Assembly (NCBI RefSeq): GCF_022045235.1
Contig: NW_027266265.1
Coordinates: forward strand, 15,376,001 to 15,440,000
Length of the DNA: 64,000 bases
Direction: 5' to 3'
DNA from: Haliotis cracherodii
Lineage: Eukaryota
A program made the position numbers and the translations under genes. The notes beneath the pieces are model-generated. The model was given only the letters and a program-made list of their open reading frames with translations. It had not been told where the DNA came from and searched no databases. Shown piece by piece: positions 37,302-52,199 of this stretch (the first letter of the stretch is position 1; each line of letters begins with the position of its first letter).

Positions 37302-38339
37302 CTTTCCTCAGCAGTTAATTAAAACGCCTCCAAATAAATTAAACTTCAAGTATCCTGAACAGTTTATTTTGTCGGATGGAAAATTTGCAAACCTGCTAAC
37401 ACCCACACCCACCACCAAATGTCACACCTATCCCCAATGAAAAGAAATGAAAGACGTTTTTTACTGTCCACTTACATGCTAAGATGATAGCTAACTTTGT
37501 ACTTAAACTGCACTCTGTCATTCTTGTTATTGTACCACCACTTTGCATACAATACATGTATCCATCTTGTACTTGGGCCTGTGGCTTTTATACGGAAATA
37601 CACTTAATTAAAATAATGCCTTAACATACCTTACAACAGTCTACCGGGAACAGATGATTTCGGAATAACGGTGACCAGACAATCAGACCCTCACTGTAAT
37701 GAGTTTCAAGGTTTAATGAAACAAATAGATCGTCTCGTCTCCTTGATGAACACAAACCACATGCATGTTGTCTCTGGTATTGAGATAATCAACAGGATCA
37801 GATATGTTTCAGGGATAACCTCAGTTCACTTCAACTGTATGTGGGGTGGGTAGCCAAGTGGTTTAAGGGTTGGCTAGTCACGAGAGAGACTCGGGTTCGA
37901 ATCCTCACAAGAGTATATGTGTGAAGCCAATTGCCTGTATCCCCTATCAGGCTAGCTTACAGAATAGCGGATACAATCTGCAGGAAATTGCGAAATATAC
38001 TTCATTAGCAACGAAACTTGCTTGTCGCCATTTCACCGTTGATTCGCCTGATATATTTCACCCTATGTTTTTCGCAGTCCTTTTATATCAAACGGGTGTG
38101 TACTTAACATTAAATTTTGGTTTGGAATTTGAATACTTTATGCACATATTCATCTTCCTCACCGCGTCCAGACAGTACACCCTATTCTCAACAGGGGACG
38201 ACAGCCACAACTTCATTTGGCATGGTTTTATAAACCAGAACAATCGGTTCCGCGAAGGTGTCGAATTTATCAAGGATTTTCAACGAGTAAAGAATTCTTT
38301 GAAATATGAAAAATATAACACTTAAGATGTACCCGACCT

Positions 38340-38900
38340 GGGAAATGAATGTTTCAACGCACCCCACGATGACTCTGTAGTGTTTGTGTTGGCCCCTGTG
38401 CCGGGACCTTTCTCAACACAACCAAAGGAATATTCCCTTGTGTCCCGATCAGTTACCCCCAAAACTTACTGACCTTCAACCCTCTTCCCTCTGATGAAAT
38501 ATCCTTTCCCAGATTCAGGCTCATCCATGTCCACAAATGCTTCCATCACCCCTTTTAATTCACTATCGTCATCCACCACACAACGCAGACCTCCCTGTAG
38601 AAGTGATACCATTTTTGCTACATGAAGAAATATCAAGGTCCCCACGAATGAAATATTGCAGTTTCTAAAGCCAACAGTAAGTCAAAAGTAATTTGTTTCC
38701 ACATGCTTTCTTGGTACATTTCCTACACCTGCCTTCTTTCCGTTCACATAAAAAAGACTCCTGTTCCGCCACGTCTTCCCTTCCCTTCCAAGTGTCCACT
38801 GATGTCTTTCTCTATTAAAAAAACCGAAATACTCTCCCTCATCGTCTTTCAACCGGCAACATTCCAACTTGGTGTTTCTGATAATTATAACGCTAAGCAA
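38340..38900 (-). mobile_element. Merlin (IS1595/ISXO2-like) transposase remnant
   Basis: Manual translation EAFVDMDEPESGKGYFIRGKRVEGQ*VLGVTDRDTRE...VEK resembles the ISXO2 motif VEIDESKFGKRKY.RG.RV.GQWVFG..ER. Confidence 0.6.
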
Positions 38901-39484
38901 GCTGTCAAAACGGAAATGTTCTTAGCATACACAGATACTGTGGTATGTAAGGCATCAGCTGCTATCTAAACAATTGGAGAGCACTTATTTCTGAGATGTT
39001 CCCAAAGTCATTCAGTTCTACATCCCAGAGTTCCTGGTACATGTATATTTCTTGTTTGACTGATTTTTCCATATTGGAACGATTCGAGCCTCTACACAGA
39101 GCTGAATATTGTCGTGAGCTTTAAATAGGTTTTAACATAGTTCCTTCACACTTGTTTCATGACTTCTCCAGAGTTATCACTGTTTTGTGGAAGATCAAAT
39201 CCTGGTCTCTCAACCATCCCTCCACAGCAGCACCCAATTGTTTTACCCTGTTGGTAGACACAAGGACCAGACCTGGTGAATGGGGTGGGTAGAAACACGT
39301 ATCCACATTCACGTACAGCTGTCACTGCATCAAGGTTGGTGTGGATACTATTCGATGCCAATTATGCTTTTGCTGTCCCAAAAGATTGCTAAATAAATCT
39401 TTAAAACTTTCTAAATGGATCTTGTTGCTTTATACATATGCATTTTAGTTGTTGGAGACCACAAATGTTTCAACAAATGCGACA

Positions 39485-39885
39485 CTGCTTGTTAACATAG
39501 CTTTAGAGATGGTTACCAGCTTATCCTTCATTTCACCCGACAGCATTCTCGGAACTCATTGGATGCAAACCTGTGACGCATGAATATGTAGACCTTCATG
39601 AAGAATAATTTCTTGTGACTCATACGAGAATCATGTGGTCTCCTCTAACTCACGGGGTATACTCCGCCTATTATATAGTACCAGGATGTGGACGGCATCA
39701 GTGTGTTGTTGTGGTGCTGGTGATGGGCCTTCCAAACGCTCTCATCCACGCTGAAATTCTTTCACCCAAAGTTTACTTGTGGTATATGATCGGACAGCCT
39801 CCCCATAAACAGCTCGAAACCGTTCGTCAATACACTGTGGTGACTGATCCTCTAAGGTAAACATATTGATTACTGCTGCATACTG
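39485..39885 (-). mobile_element. Mariner transposase N-terminal (HTH) remnant
   Basis: YAAVINMFTLEDQSPQCIDERFRAVYGEAVRSYTTSKLWVKEFQRG*ERLE / GRPITSTT..DAVHILVLYNRR...ILHEGL...VCIQ*VPRML, i.e. the mariner GRP and WVPR(E/M)L motifs with stops. Confidence 0.8.
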
Positions 39886-42800
39886 AGGGGTGTCTATTCC
39901 ATGCTTAGGAGTTGGGAACCTCCGAATCGAAGTCAGCCATTGTGAAAGACTACAAACACAGGTCTATACCAATATATGCAACATGTAAGCATAAAAACAA
40001 CCTTGATATGCAAGTCTCAAAACCTTTTGACAACCCCTCGTATTAGGTTTGTGGATATTATCATAGACAATCTTAATTAAACATGACTTGTCATAATTGA
40101 ACACCGTCAGTCACCGTGTGATTTAATGTGGAGCCAGTGACTATATTAGTGAGTATGGAGTGCGTGATCTGCTTCATATCACTTTGAACACTATTTGGCT
40201 TTGGAAGTAAACCCGAAATGACGCAGGTCTTACACGTTTACCATTTGGTAAAGCACACGAGCACTGGTATGGTGCCGACAAACATTGAAACATAATCAGG
40301 GCTAATCTGAACCCATACATAATCTCTAGTTCGCGTATCGGACGTGAATTCCGTGGAGACGACTTGCCGTCGGCTACCAATGCCTCTCATAAATGCATAT
40401 AATACGAGCCAATATAATATTATATCAAACATCAGCCATGAATGAAGGGTTACATGTAACAGCCGCCCACATGTAGCTGACAAACAACACACTTCCACAA
40501 TCCAGCAATCTCGGTATATATAATCATATTACTTCATGTTAGTCATACTTAATGAAAGTCGTTAAACATGATACATTGCCCATGCATGACAAGCTTGAAG
40601 AAGCGGGTAAAATAAAGCAATTCAAATGCATGTTGGTTCCAAACACTACAACGTGATCCTAATCTTCGGTGTGTTAGCAACTTGTATTGAGGTACTGTCA
40701 ATGAAAATACAACATTTTAACTACTTCTAATCTATCGTTACAATGCTTCAAATTTTGAATACCACATAGCATCATATTACAGTTATTTGTTTGTTTGTAT
40801 TTTATTTAACGCCGCATCAGAAATATTTGAATTGTATGACATTCAGACAAGCCAGTGATTTACATCATGAGCATCGATCAACGCAACTGGCACAGATGGC
40901 ATAGTATCAGCTAAGTCACCGAGTCTGACCACCCGATCCATTTACTCGCGTCTTACGCATAATTTACCGGGGACCCATATTCTAAAACAAAAATGGCCTT
41001 GCGTACAATGAAGAAGTTTAACTCGCTACAATACATCAGTAACTGTTATATCACGACGTGTCAGCTTTAATGTGAAAGGAAAGCTCGAAGCCATGTAGGT
41101 CCAATGAGCAGAATCTGGCCTTGCCTCATGTCATGAAATATGTTCCAAATATCGTGCATGGGGGACATTTGAACAGAAATCGATAACAAATACATAGACA
41201 AGATCACGTTTCCTTCAGCTCTGCAATGACCTTATCCGAAACAAGTCCACTTATTCAATCCAACTTACGGCGACCTGAGACACCACCAGCGTGTCAGTGA
41301 GTATTGCGTGATGGAAAACCATCATAACAACTGCCCGCCCCCCAGTGCCACGTGTACCACAAGGGCATGTTCTGAGTCGCTTCGTATTGACCTTGAGTAG
41401 GTTTCCCCGTGCCAGTGGTGCATGTTGTCCAACTCCAGCTATTTTGGTGTCTGAATATAATCTGTTTATGTGACCACTTTACCTATTTTTATCTTTCCCA
41501 ACATCGATCTCAATGTCAGGTTTATCCAATGTCCACAGGCACGTGTTCTCCGCTTCGTCTGTGATGGAACACTTTAGATGTGGGCGTCCAGAAAATAGAC
41601 ATATATATATCATTATTATAGTGGCGTTTTATTATAAAAGGCACCTGCCTGAACTTAATGTATAGTTGGTTGTTAGTGGACGTGAATCTGAATCACTCAT
41701 GGATGGCGGCGTTGCAGAGTTGGATTTTCACTACAATCACTGGGTGAATCGTGTTTTTCGTTGTAGGCAAAGAGGTGCGGTGAGATGAAATGTGGTTTAA
41801 TGTCTCGTTCAAGCTTATTTCAAGCATATACCATTTTGCAACGTTATGGCAATGTAATATGCAGGCAGACGTGACGTCATACGACCTAGAGTAGCAGTCC
41901 CTTTGATAAAAGAATATTACTGCAGCCGACGAACCAAAGTATTGCGCGAAAGGCGATCATTGACAAAGTTCTTCTTGTGCTTAAAAACATTATATTTAAA
42001 AATTATGCGTATGCAATTACATTTAGCCCATATGGTAGTTATATGCCTCAATTGTAAGTCAAGACTACAATGTCTATTCCGAATACAGGGCATTTACCTT
42101 TTACCTATTTGGGGAATCGACTCGTTCGTTGTGATGGGCAAACCACATCTTGAATCAGACAGATCTACCCTTTTAGTGACGTAAACGTAAAGTAAATTGA
42201 CTGATTCCTTTATTAATTATACCAATACATTTTCTTCATATACCAAGTATCAAATGGAGCTATGTAATAGAAACAAATAATTCATAAATGCTGATCAAGG
42301 GATACAAAACAGACACTCTGATTGAGACAACAGAAACCCACGAATATTCCAACCCTGGCAAATGTAATTGGGGTTGTTGCATCCTATACCATTGCTACCC
42401 CGGATAATTCCAGTCCCATCAGTAGAAACACCATCCCAGCCCGAAACGAGTTTTAACAACAGCACGCGTAACACGCCAACAGCAGGGACCATATACAAGT
42501 TGATTCAAAATCCGTAATTTTAGACCATTTGGACAGTGAGTGGAAATCGGTATAATATTGTGATTGTCCTGGAGTAGGTAATGTCCTGGGTTAATTAAAA
42601 TATGTATCTCATTGACTAAAGCAAATGGCCCAGATACGAGTGACTCATTGACGAGCCCTCCTCCTTTAATATTCATAACAGACAAACGGCACATGTTCAC
42701 AATACTGTTCATTATTCAAACAAAACATGCAAAACATGTACTGGTGCGAGCAGCGTGCATATATGTTCCACGAACCATTGGCATCCATTTAGTGGGATGT

Positions 42801-43539
42801 ACAATACTAACAATGCATAAGAATACAGATATGAATTTGGTCAAATGCAATAGTGCCGAGTACGTTATCATAGACACGAAATGACGACACATGCTTGAAA
42901 AGACCTTTTTGTTCTGGGTGGAGAATCTCTGTGTAATAACTGGTCATGGTGGAGGTGTCATGTTGCTCCGCGGGTAACAACTGGCGGTGGTTACTCTCAA
43001 TGTAACAAATTGGCAATGGAAGCTCTCCTGGGAACAACTGTCCGGCACTGCTTATTGTTCGGCTTCACAATAGGCTTTGATAATTCTCCGGGTAACCACT
43101 GACGCTGGTAATTCTCCGGGTAACGGCGGGTAACAATAGTCGATGGTAATTCTCCGGGTAACATCTGGCAGGGTTGACAATACCCAGGCCCACACCAAAG
43201 CTACACATTGCATATTCGTTTACATTAAAGTCCATAGTCATAGTCTGGCTCTCCAGCTTTGGTTGTTTCAATGAATTGGACGTGAGCCGGAGTGTCCCAG
43301 CGACATTTCTGTACAGCTGGTACCTTGCCCATGTTTTCAATCCACTTGATAAGCTTGGGGTACCGATCAGCTGTCACCCTCGCTTCCTTCACTAACTGGG
43401 CCACAGCTTCAAATCTTACAACGTAAGGACAGATCATGAAGTCAACCATCTGAACAGAGCTGCCTGAAATTACAAGAGATGATTCCTAGAAGGTTACAAA
43501 GTCAGAGACAGAATATGAATATGATCTCTGGATTGGGAG

Positions 43540-43540
<1 letters not shown>

Positions 43541-43608
<68 letters not shown>

Positions 43609-43790
43609 ACTTGGACATAGTATACTGACTTTGAGCCGACCAGTACTTGTTTTAGCCCCTAAATGAACGAGCACCAGGTAGGGTAACAATAAGTACCATC
43701 TTTTAACGTCTTTTTGGTACGACGTGGGCAGGGGATTGAACCACCGATCCCCGCTCTCCAGGCTAACGCTCTATCCACTAGGACCACGGG
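43541..43790 (-). mobile_element. SINE family 2 partial copy with (GT)n
   Basis: Reverse-complement core aagtaccatcttttaacgtctttttggta. Confidence 0.75.
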
Positions 43791-44030
43791 ACCCGTGAAG
43801 ATCCGTGTTAGAATAGGTCTTCAGCAACTATGCAAGTAGTAAGAGGCGACTAACAGGATTGGGGGTCAGGCTCGCTGTTTTGTTTGATACATGTCACCCT
43901 ATCCCTATTATGTAGATTGATGCTCATGATATCAATCACTCGATTGTCTAGTCAAGACTCGATTATTTACAGACCGCCGTCATATAATTGGACCATTGCT
44001 GAGAGCGGCGTTAAACAAAAAGCAAACAAA
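43790..44030 (+). mobile_element. SINE-like family 3 copy
   Basis: Matches 11485-11738. Confidence 0.8.
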
Positions 44031-45344
44031 CACTAGACAACAAAGGTGGCATCGTAGAAAATCAGAGAACTGTTTAGGAACATCACTGAACTAGAGTGTG
44101 ACCCTCACAAACATAATCATTGTCGTTCTATAACATATTCTTCCTGTTCTATAACGTTATTGACCTTTGGCTAAGTTGGGCTGTTGGGATCGTTTTATGC
44201 CCAGTCTTTTTTTTATAAATAGTTGGGTCTTACCACCAAGGAACGGGGTCCCTCTCTCCGCAATGCCCTTTTCTATCCGATCAAAAGCATCCAAGAATCC
44301 TTTCACGTTCTCTGTTCTTTCATCATCTCGACCTTTCATTGTTTTGTAATAATAGGTCACTACCTGAAAATCAGTATATATACAAGGGTAATTATGTCCA
44401 TAAAGTTTACATCTATGCCCAGTCAATGACATTATGATTATCCCACATTTGTATTAAACGGTTCAAATATACTCAAATATCTAAAAATCAAACATTGTTT
44501 TTAGTCTTTAGATGGTTTTGACAATTCTAACGACCGATGCAGAAGCTTAAGGTAACTTCAGTTGGCTTATTCCGGGATTAGGTGAGGTTGAGTGTACTAA
44601 TAATTGTCACCTGTTTACCTTAGTGGAACAGCCCCACACAAATATGAGGTATTTACTCTGCTCACCGTTGGAAGATGTATTAATCAAGCAGGCAGAACTA
44701 GGCAGTGATACCTGTCACATTTCACTGATCTGTCAGATGACTGGCACATCTGACAATTGAGAGAGAACCATGGTCCCTTGATGAAGCCCAAGCCTTCCTT
44801 CCTCAAAGCGTATATTCATACACATTTGTTAAAAGCGGCGTATAATCCTTAGTTTATCGAACAACGAATTTATAGAATTGATTTACAGAGCCTGTAATAT
44901 TCACCCCCGGTGATTTATTTATGTGTTCCCTTATCTCATCCGATGTCGCAATATTCCGATTCTTGTGCTAATATGTTTCTTTGTCTGATCTTCTAAATTT
45001 GGACTGAGTTTGCTCTGCTAAATACTCCACATACACTTGACCCAGATGCGGCAGTGAGTCACAGCGATCACAACACGTGCCACATTCAGATCTGCCAGAC
45101 ACTCACTCAGCTGAAGTGTATCTCTACAGCAACACACAACTCACTGTCGAGAACTTCCTGAATGCGGCGAACTCAAGAATGGTGTCGTGTTAATTAATTG
45201 TTATCACACCGACGATCACGCGGCTACCCGCACACCCATTTAAAAAGATTATTTTTTGTTCCCGAAACTCTGGGCAAAAGAAGGGCTGATAAATTTGACT
45301 CAGACTGCTATGTGTGTGTGACTTCCGGCCGTATTCAGGTTTTA

Positions 45345-46813
45345 TAGTGCTAGCCCATTAATATAAGATACCAGTTTAACATGGATGCCCCACTTGGCCG
45401 ACCAGTTCTTGTTTCAACCCTTATTGACGAGCGCCAGGTAGAGTAACAAGTACCAGTTTTAACGTCTTTTGGTATGACGCGGCCGAGGATCGAACCCCGT
45501 ACCTGCTGCTCACCGGGTGGACACTCTGTCACTAGACCACGGAGACGGTCAGTAAAATGTAGGATCTGACAACAAAGTAACGTTCCACACACAAACTATA
45601 GTGCTTGAAAGAATAAATCAATAACAAATCACTGCTTCACTGGTAACAGTCACATGGATATCATTATCACTACTTTGTTTCTTGGACACATGCTATATTA
45701 CACATGAAGCTCATACAAAGTCCCTATTGTGGCCCGGGTTCGATTCCTGACATGGCTACAACGTGTGAAGCCCATTTCGGGTGTCCGCCGGCGTGATGTT
45801 GCTGGAATATTGCTAAAAGAGGCGTAAAACCATACTCATTCACTCACTCACTATGACGCTGTGTGTGCCGTCTAGTGGTTGGTTGGTTGGTTGTTTTACG
45901 CCGCACTCAGCAATGTTCCGGCAATATGATGGCGGTCTCTACATAATCGAGTCTGGACCAGACAATCCAGTGATTGACATCATGAGCATCGATCCATGCA
46001 AATGGGATCGATGACATGCTTCAACCAAGTCAGCGAATCTGACCACCCAATCCCGTTAGTCGCCTCTTACGACAAGCACAGTTGCCTTTTACGGCAAGCA
46101 TGGGTTGCTGAAGACCTATTCTACCCCGGATCTTCGTGCCTTCCAGTGAGAAAATGTAAATGTTGTCAGTGTCGCGCGTACGGAACCAGAATAGAATTAA
46201 GACTCTCTTCCCTATGTGTTCACGTTGTTATAAACTATTGGTGTGTGTATCCTTCATACATCTAATGCATTTAACGGAACCTTCCATGGAGATGGGTGGT
46301 TATATCATCGAAGGGGGCTAAAGTAAGCTTGAGTTGCTGAAGACCTATTCTACTCCGGATCTTCACAGGTCGACGACACAATTGTGATACACAGAACTCA
46401 TGTGTTTAAGACATACATTCAATGATGTTGTTGGTTACAATCTACTTACTGCATGTGACCGCCTCCGTGGTGTAGTGGTAGAGCGTCAGCCCGGAGAGCG
46501 GAAGGTCCGGGGTTCGATCCTCGACCGCGTCATACCAAAAGACGTTAAATGATGGTAATTGTTGTTACCCTGTCTGGCGCTCGGTATTAAGGGGCTAAAA
46601 CAAGGACTGGTCGGCTCGGAGTCAGTATACTGTGTCTGAGTGGGGTATTCATGTTAAACTGCGGCATGGTATCGGCATCAGTCCGGACTAGTACAAGCAG
46701 CCACACACACACACACGTGCATGCACGTCGCTTTATAAGTGCAATAATCTTGGACGCGACGTTAAACCCAATCTCACCTCACCTCACCTCACCTCACCTC
46801 ACCTCACCTCACC
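45345..46813. mobile_element. SINE cluster: family 2 (45345-45550 -), family 1 (45730-45852 +), family 3 (45880-46135 -), family 2 (46457-46813 +)
   Basis: Each segment matches other in-window copies of its family. Confidence 0.8.
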
Positions 46814-49800
46814 TATTGCATGTGAAATGTCGTAATGGTAGATGTTGTTTGTTGTTTACCGCCGCACTCGCAATATTCTAGCTATATGACGGCGGTCTGT
46901 AAACGTGCGGGTACGAACCAGACAATCCAGTGATTTACATCATGAACATCGATCTAAGCAATTTGTATACGATAACATGCATCAACTAAATCATCGAGCG
47001 GGTTCGAGTGGTCAGGCACGCTGACTTGGTTGATGCACGTCATGTGTTTACGAATCACAATCAAATGTTTGCGAAAACCACCATATTTCATTTAACTATA
47101 CAAACAAAATGATCAAATGTCATGATTACTAGAATAAGAAATCTTTAACTAAAGTCGCTTCCGACTGTATCGTTATAAGCATGTGTTTACGAAGCTCAAT
47201 AGTGATGATACATTTAACAATCAAAACAAAAACACATTATATTCCAAAGTGATCAAACATTGATCAAGTGTCAGAAGAGAGACATAACTGTTGCGATTTC
47301 CTCTATTATACAAGTTCGCAATTGAGGGATTACTGCTAAAGGGGCGTAACTCATGCCCCCTTATCTCGGGGAGAAATGGCTTTCCGCAATGTCATTTAAG
47401 AAGAGGTCTCCCCTGTATTTACTCACTTCGATGAATATACTCACCAGACATTATCTAATTAAACGCCCCGACCATAATCATATCAGAGTAATACTTCAGA
47501 AAGACAGCCCATTTTCTCTAATTGCACTTTTGAATCCAACTTACTTTATGGTTGAGTGGACAATATTAGACTTTGGGACTGCATCGGAAAAAATGAAATA
47601 TTATCCTAATATATGTACATACACAGTGTATTGAGTTTAAAACATAATATCGGTTTTTCTGTTTCGTCTGATCTGCTTTTTATGGAATTGGTTCTTACTT
47701 TTCAGAAATATTTTAGAAATGTTATTTTTTTATACTAGAGCATAAAAACAGATTGGTTAATAATCTTATTTCATTACTCAACTTGTTCCTTTGAGGTTTT
47801 GGGCGCAAATAGACCTTTAATATTTCAAGTCGCCCTTAAACCCATACACCATACCATACCATTGTGAAACGGAACACGCGAAAGAGTGGAATTTCTATTC
47901 TCTTTATATGCAAACAGTGCCCGACACCCGAAGCGCGAAACAGTGAAACTATAGCTACATGGACAGAGCATGAGCATGAGGGTATATAAAGGTATAAAGG
48001 TATATATATCAACTATCGTCAAAGGTCAGTACAGGATCCAGCAATATTTCACAGATTATACATTTAAAACTAGTTTTAGAACAATAAAATTATTTTAAAA
48101 CATACTATTGATCGCCAGCAAATAAAGTTAGGCCATCATACCAGGGACCACGGGCACTTACAGTACCTTTGCTACCTACATGGTTCCCCAGCAAGATTTA
48201 CATCATCCCTTTAGTCATTGGCGATTGTTGACAAGATTAGTCATAAATTAAAATATACAAATATTCTGCGGTTAAAACAGTGGAAGATAACATACTTTAA
48301 ATGGCGAGGTCTATAATACCCTGTCAATCACTGGATTGTCTGGTCCAGACTCGATTATTTTCAGACCGCCGTCATATAGCTGGAATATTGCTGAGTGCGG
48401 CGTTAAACAACAAACAAACAATGAGGTCGTCCTTGTGACGTTGTGAATGGATATGAATATGCTTTAGTGTGATGTATCCTTGCATATATATGAAGGTGTA
48501 TTTCCATTTTGCAGTATATGTCTCAGGGCGTTTGCTCTGACTTCCGTTTATATAAATCCCAGTTACACTACGATCTATGTACTATCATGGTTACATACAC
48601 AACTAAATGTTTCCCATAGACATGTATTGTTTCGTTATATTTTATATTTCTTAATAATTAGGAATTCAAAAGCGAATCCATGGACATTTACGCAGAGCCA
48701 TCCTTAAGGCTGCAATAAAGTGACATATTTTGCCTGGTTTAATTTACCTGCCCCATGTCCAAGAACAGGAAGCTAAACGAACCAACCCCTGTTCCGCACC
48801 AAATATCACGTACTTGAATATATCTGGGATCACATTCAGCATCAGTCAATCGTGTAAAAAAGGCAGGATTCAATATTGGAAAACATGGTCTTATTCATTT
48901 TTAATTATTGGATGGATGTAATTTTTTTAAAAACACACGTATAAAAAGTCAATACACAATATCATCCAATCACAGCTGCCAGATATCTCACTGCACATTT
49001 CGAAAGCGGCTGGCTGAACAACTGATTCTGATTTGGTGTGGTGGAAACTGTTTTTAGCTCACATTAAGATTCTCGGCGATGACTTTAAAAAATTGTACGG
49101 AGAGGCTGTCATATATTTTAGGATGGATGCTTCCTGGTGATTATGTTTACTTGTTTATTAAGAGTCTTTGAATGTTTACATGCTGGCGGGCACAGAGAGA
49201 ACACAGAATAAATTATAGCATAATTGTTTTGCTAGTGTAAGAGGAGACACATGTCAGCCAGCTATTCATTTCACAGCTGGCCCTCGTTCAGCAAAGCGAT
49301 GAACAATGTATGTGAGCGAGATAAACTCCCGACGGGCTAATTAGTAGAAAAACAAAATAACTTCAGAAACCGAACGGGCTTTAACCGAATATTTTTAGCA
49401 GTGGGCCTACTCGTCATCCTGCAGTATAAACGCAGGTAAATGATTCACCGGTATATGTGGTATATTTAGATACATGTGTAGTCTAGATGCAATATTTGTT
49501 AAGTACTAGGGGAGCGGAGGCAGCGATGCCTTCCGAAGTAATGAGATGAGCAGATGCGCCACCTTCAACTACAATCTGTGGAATCTTGACGTGACGAGTT
49601 GCGGCCCTTAACTGAGTTTGTTGGTTTTTTTAAAAACATTTTTTGTCAATTGAGTATATGATATTACAGAGTTATACATTGAGTAGCACATGTTGTGGTA
49701 TACTTATTAAGTATATGTTACATACCTATACAGCAGACAACAAGTCAGCAAGTTTAAGTTGGCTACAGGTGTACAACAATGTTTACAAATGGTGAAACTG

Positions 49801-51399
49801 GCAGGCTACATTTGCATTGTTTGTTAACTAAGAGTGAAGCTAAATCCTTACAGCACATGAGTGGAAATCGTTTATGATAAAAAATAAAAAAATAAAAAAA
49901 TAAATTAAAAAATTAAAAAACCTTAACTGAGTTTCCTCTCGTTGGTTTGAATCTCACCTCACTCAAGATGGCCGACATTGACTATACGATAAATAAATAC
50001 AATTATTTTGTATCTAATCCAAGTAGGATTCCTAAGAAATGACAATACAGACCAGAATGAAGACCACAAACAATATTTTTATATGGTCTATGATGACAAA
50101 TGAATTCCTGCTGTTATTTGTATGAAAAAAAGCCAGACCCCACCCCCAGAACCATCCAAATAAAACATATTTCCCCAACCTTGATTTTCTCTGGGTTTTT
50201 TTATGGTGACCAATAACACCCTTCTGGTGAGTTTACACACAAATTTGGCCTGTTATCAGAAATGTCCGGGTCCAATGCAATTTGGACTAATCAGCTGATG
50301 AAACTGTCTATATCGTCTGTAGACCAGAAACCATTACCTGTATACAATACATATCTTAGTATCGGTGTTTCATGAACGATAATGCAAAGCCTAAATGCTT
50401 ATCAAGTATAGTGTCTCGCTTCAAGGTCAAAGGGTGGTAATTCAGCACAGGTGAAGGCGACATAAATATTACAGTTTTAGTTTATCCACGTGTGTTTAAT
50501 TAGTTAGATTTTTATCGGAAATGACACTCAGTTTCTTATATAATGTTATGTTTTATTCTGCTCTGTTCTGTTCTGTCTTGTTTTAAGATATGATATGGCA
50601 TGATATGATATGATATGATATGATATGATATGTATTATTATTTAACATATTCTGTTTCTTACATGTTCTAATTAGTACATGTACAGTAGGAGGGGTTTAG
50701 GAGGGTAAAGATGGGGTTTATTGATCAAGGTCACGAAAACATATTTCATTCTCAAGGGTAAGGAGCGTGTGATTAACCTGTGTGTTTTCTTATGTAGTGG
50801 GAGAGTGAGTAGACCTCACACATTGCCCCTCCGCATGTGGACTCGAACCCGAATCTCGGCAAGGCCAGTGGGGTGCCCCATCGCCCATTACTGATGTAAT
50901 ACTTTGATGATTGACACATTAAAGATCACATCAACATTTAGCTACATTGAAATTTGTGCTTTTTACTTTTGTCTAGGAAGTTGGGTTGTCATTGACGCAT
51001 TCGACGTTATCCATTCTTTGATGATACGATACCTTTGCATTCCAGAGTGACGTCTAGAAAAAAAAAGTAGTGCGCCGTCGGTTCCAAATGCAATTTCCGG
51101 GTATCAAATACTCAATGACACCCTCAAATCTGAAAACATAAAATGTTTATCTCCTCAATATATAACGTGAACTAGCGTTATTCATACAAACAGGGTCACT
51201 GGTGCAGTTTAACATAAAAGAACTTTTTTTCTTTTTTTAAAATCACACATCAGGATATCACAAACGGTCACTGGACAATGTTTAATCAATGTTTAGTCAG
51301 TCTAGTTTGGGCGGCTTGAAAATCATCTCAAACTGATATACCACCGAAGTGATCCCACTCACGAACACGACACGTTTTATGATTTGAAAATATTATTGA

Positions 51400-51560
51400 G
51401 TCTGTGGGTATGGTTTTACACCGCTTTTAGCAATATTCCAGCAATATCGCGGCGGGGGACACCAGAAATGGGCTTCACACATTGTGCCCAGGTGGGGAAT
51501 TGAACCCGGGTCTTCGGCGTGACGAACGAACTCTTTCACCACTAGGCTACTCGACCGTCC
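51400..51560 (-). mobile_element. SINE family 1 copy
   Basis: Reverse complement of the family 1 consensus. Confidence 0.85.
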
Positions 51561-52199
51561 TAAAACATGTTAATGTGTACCATACCTGTTACATGTAAAC
51601 ACATAAATATCATGCAGAGACCATTTCACGTGTAACAAGAGAATACAATTTTGTTTCTACTGCTGTGTAACATTACCTTTGATGACTTATGACGTCATAT
51701 AAATATGACACGCGATGACGTAACGCGCTAACAATGATGACGTCATATTTACGTTTCGCTCTGAACAATTATGCCCTAAATGAATTTTACTTTGTTGTTT
51801 ATAGTTCAAAACACATCATTCGACAATGATAGCTTAGAATAAAATTATATGACACGTGAATTTTAACAAACCCTTAATTATCATTATCATTCTCCTTGGA
51901 CAACAAAGTATGTCCATCTTTCCAAAACAGTGACGAAATTTGAACGTAAGCCTATTTGCATCCACATTTTACAATAAATTTATACTGTCTCTTTGAGTTC
52001 TTTTTCTTTAAATATCATGTTCTACTGACTATCGGCTGAATAATTACGTTTTATGTATATATGTGACATATATATTTGTAACTTACAAACTTCCATACAT
52101 TCCCATTCATGTAATATGCTGGAATAAGTATTTTGCACTCAGAAGCAGAATCAACTTATCTAGCATATCCAATGCAGTTGACTGTACGCACTTTGGAAA

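Larger units (their letters stand above)
43225..44363 (-). pseudogene. GSTO unit C: orphan but open exons 4 (44234-44363) and 5 (43225-43463); exons 1-3 not found in the window
   Basis: Canonical splice sites and correct phases; VVTYYYKTMKGRDDERTENVKGFLDAFDRIEKGIAERGTPFLGG|SSVQMVDFMICPYVVRF...PDYDYGL*. Confidence 0.7.

Noticed and set aside
41900-42720. Possible L1/Tx1-like LINE remnant
   Set aside because: Only vague resemblance; no diagnostic motif could be read.
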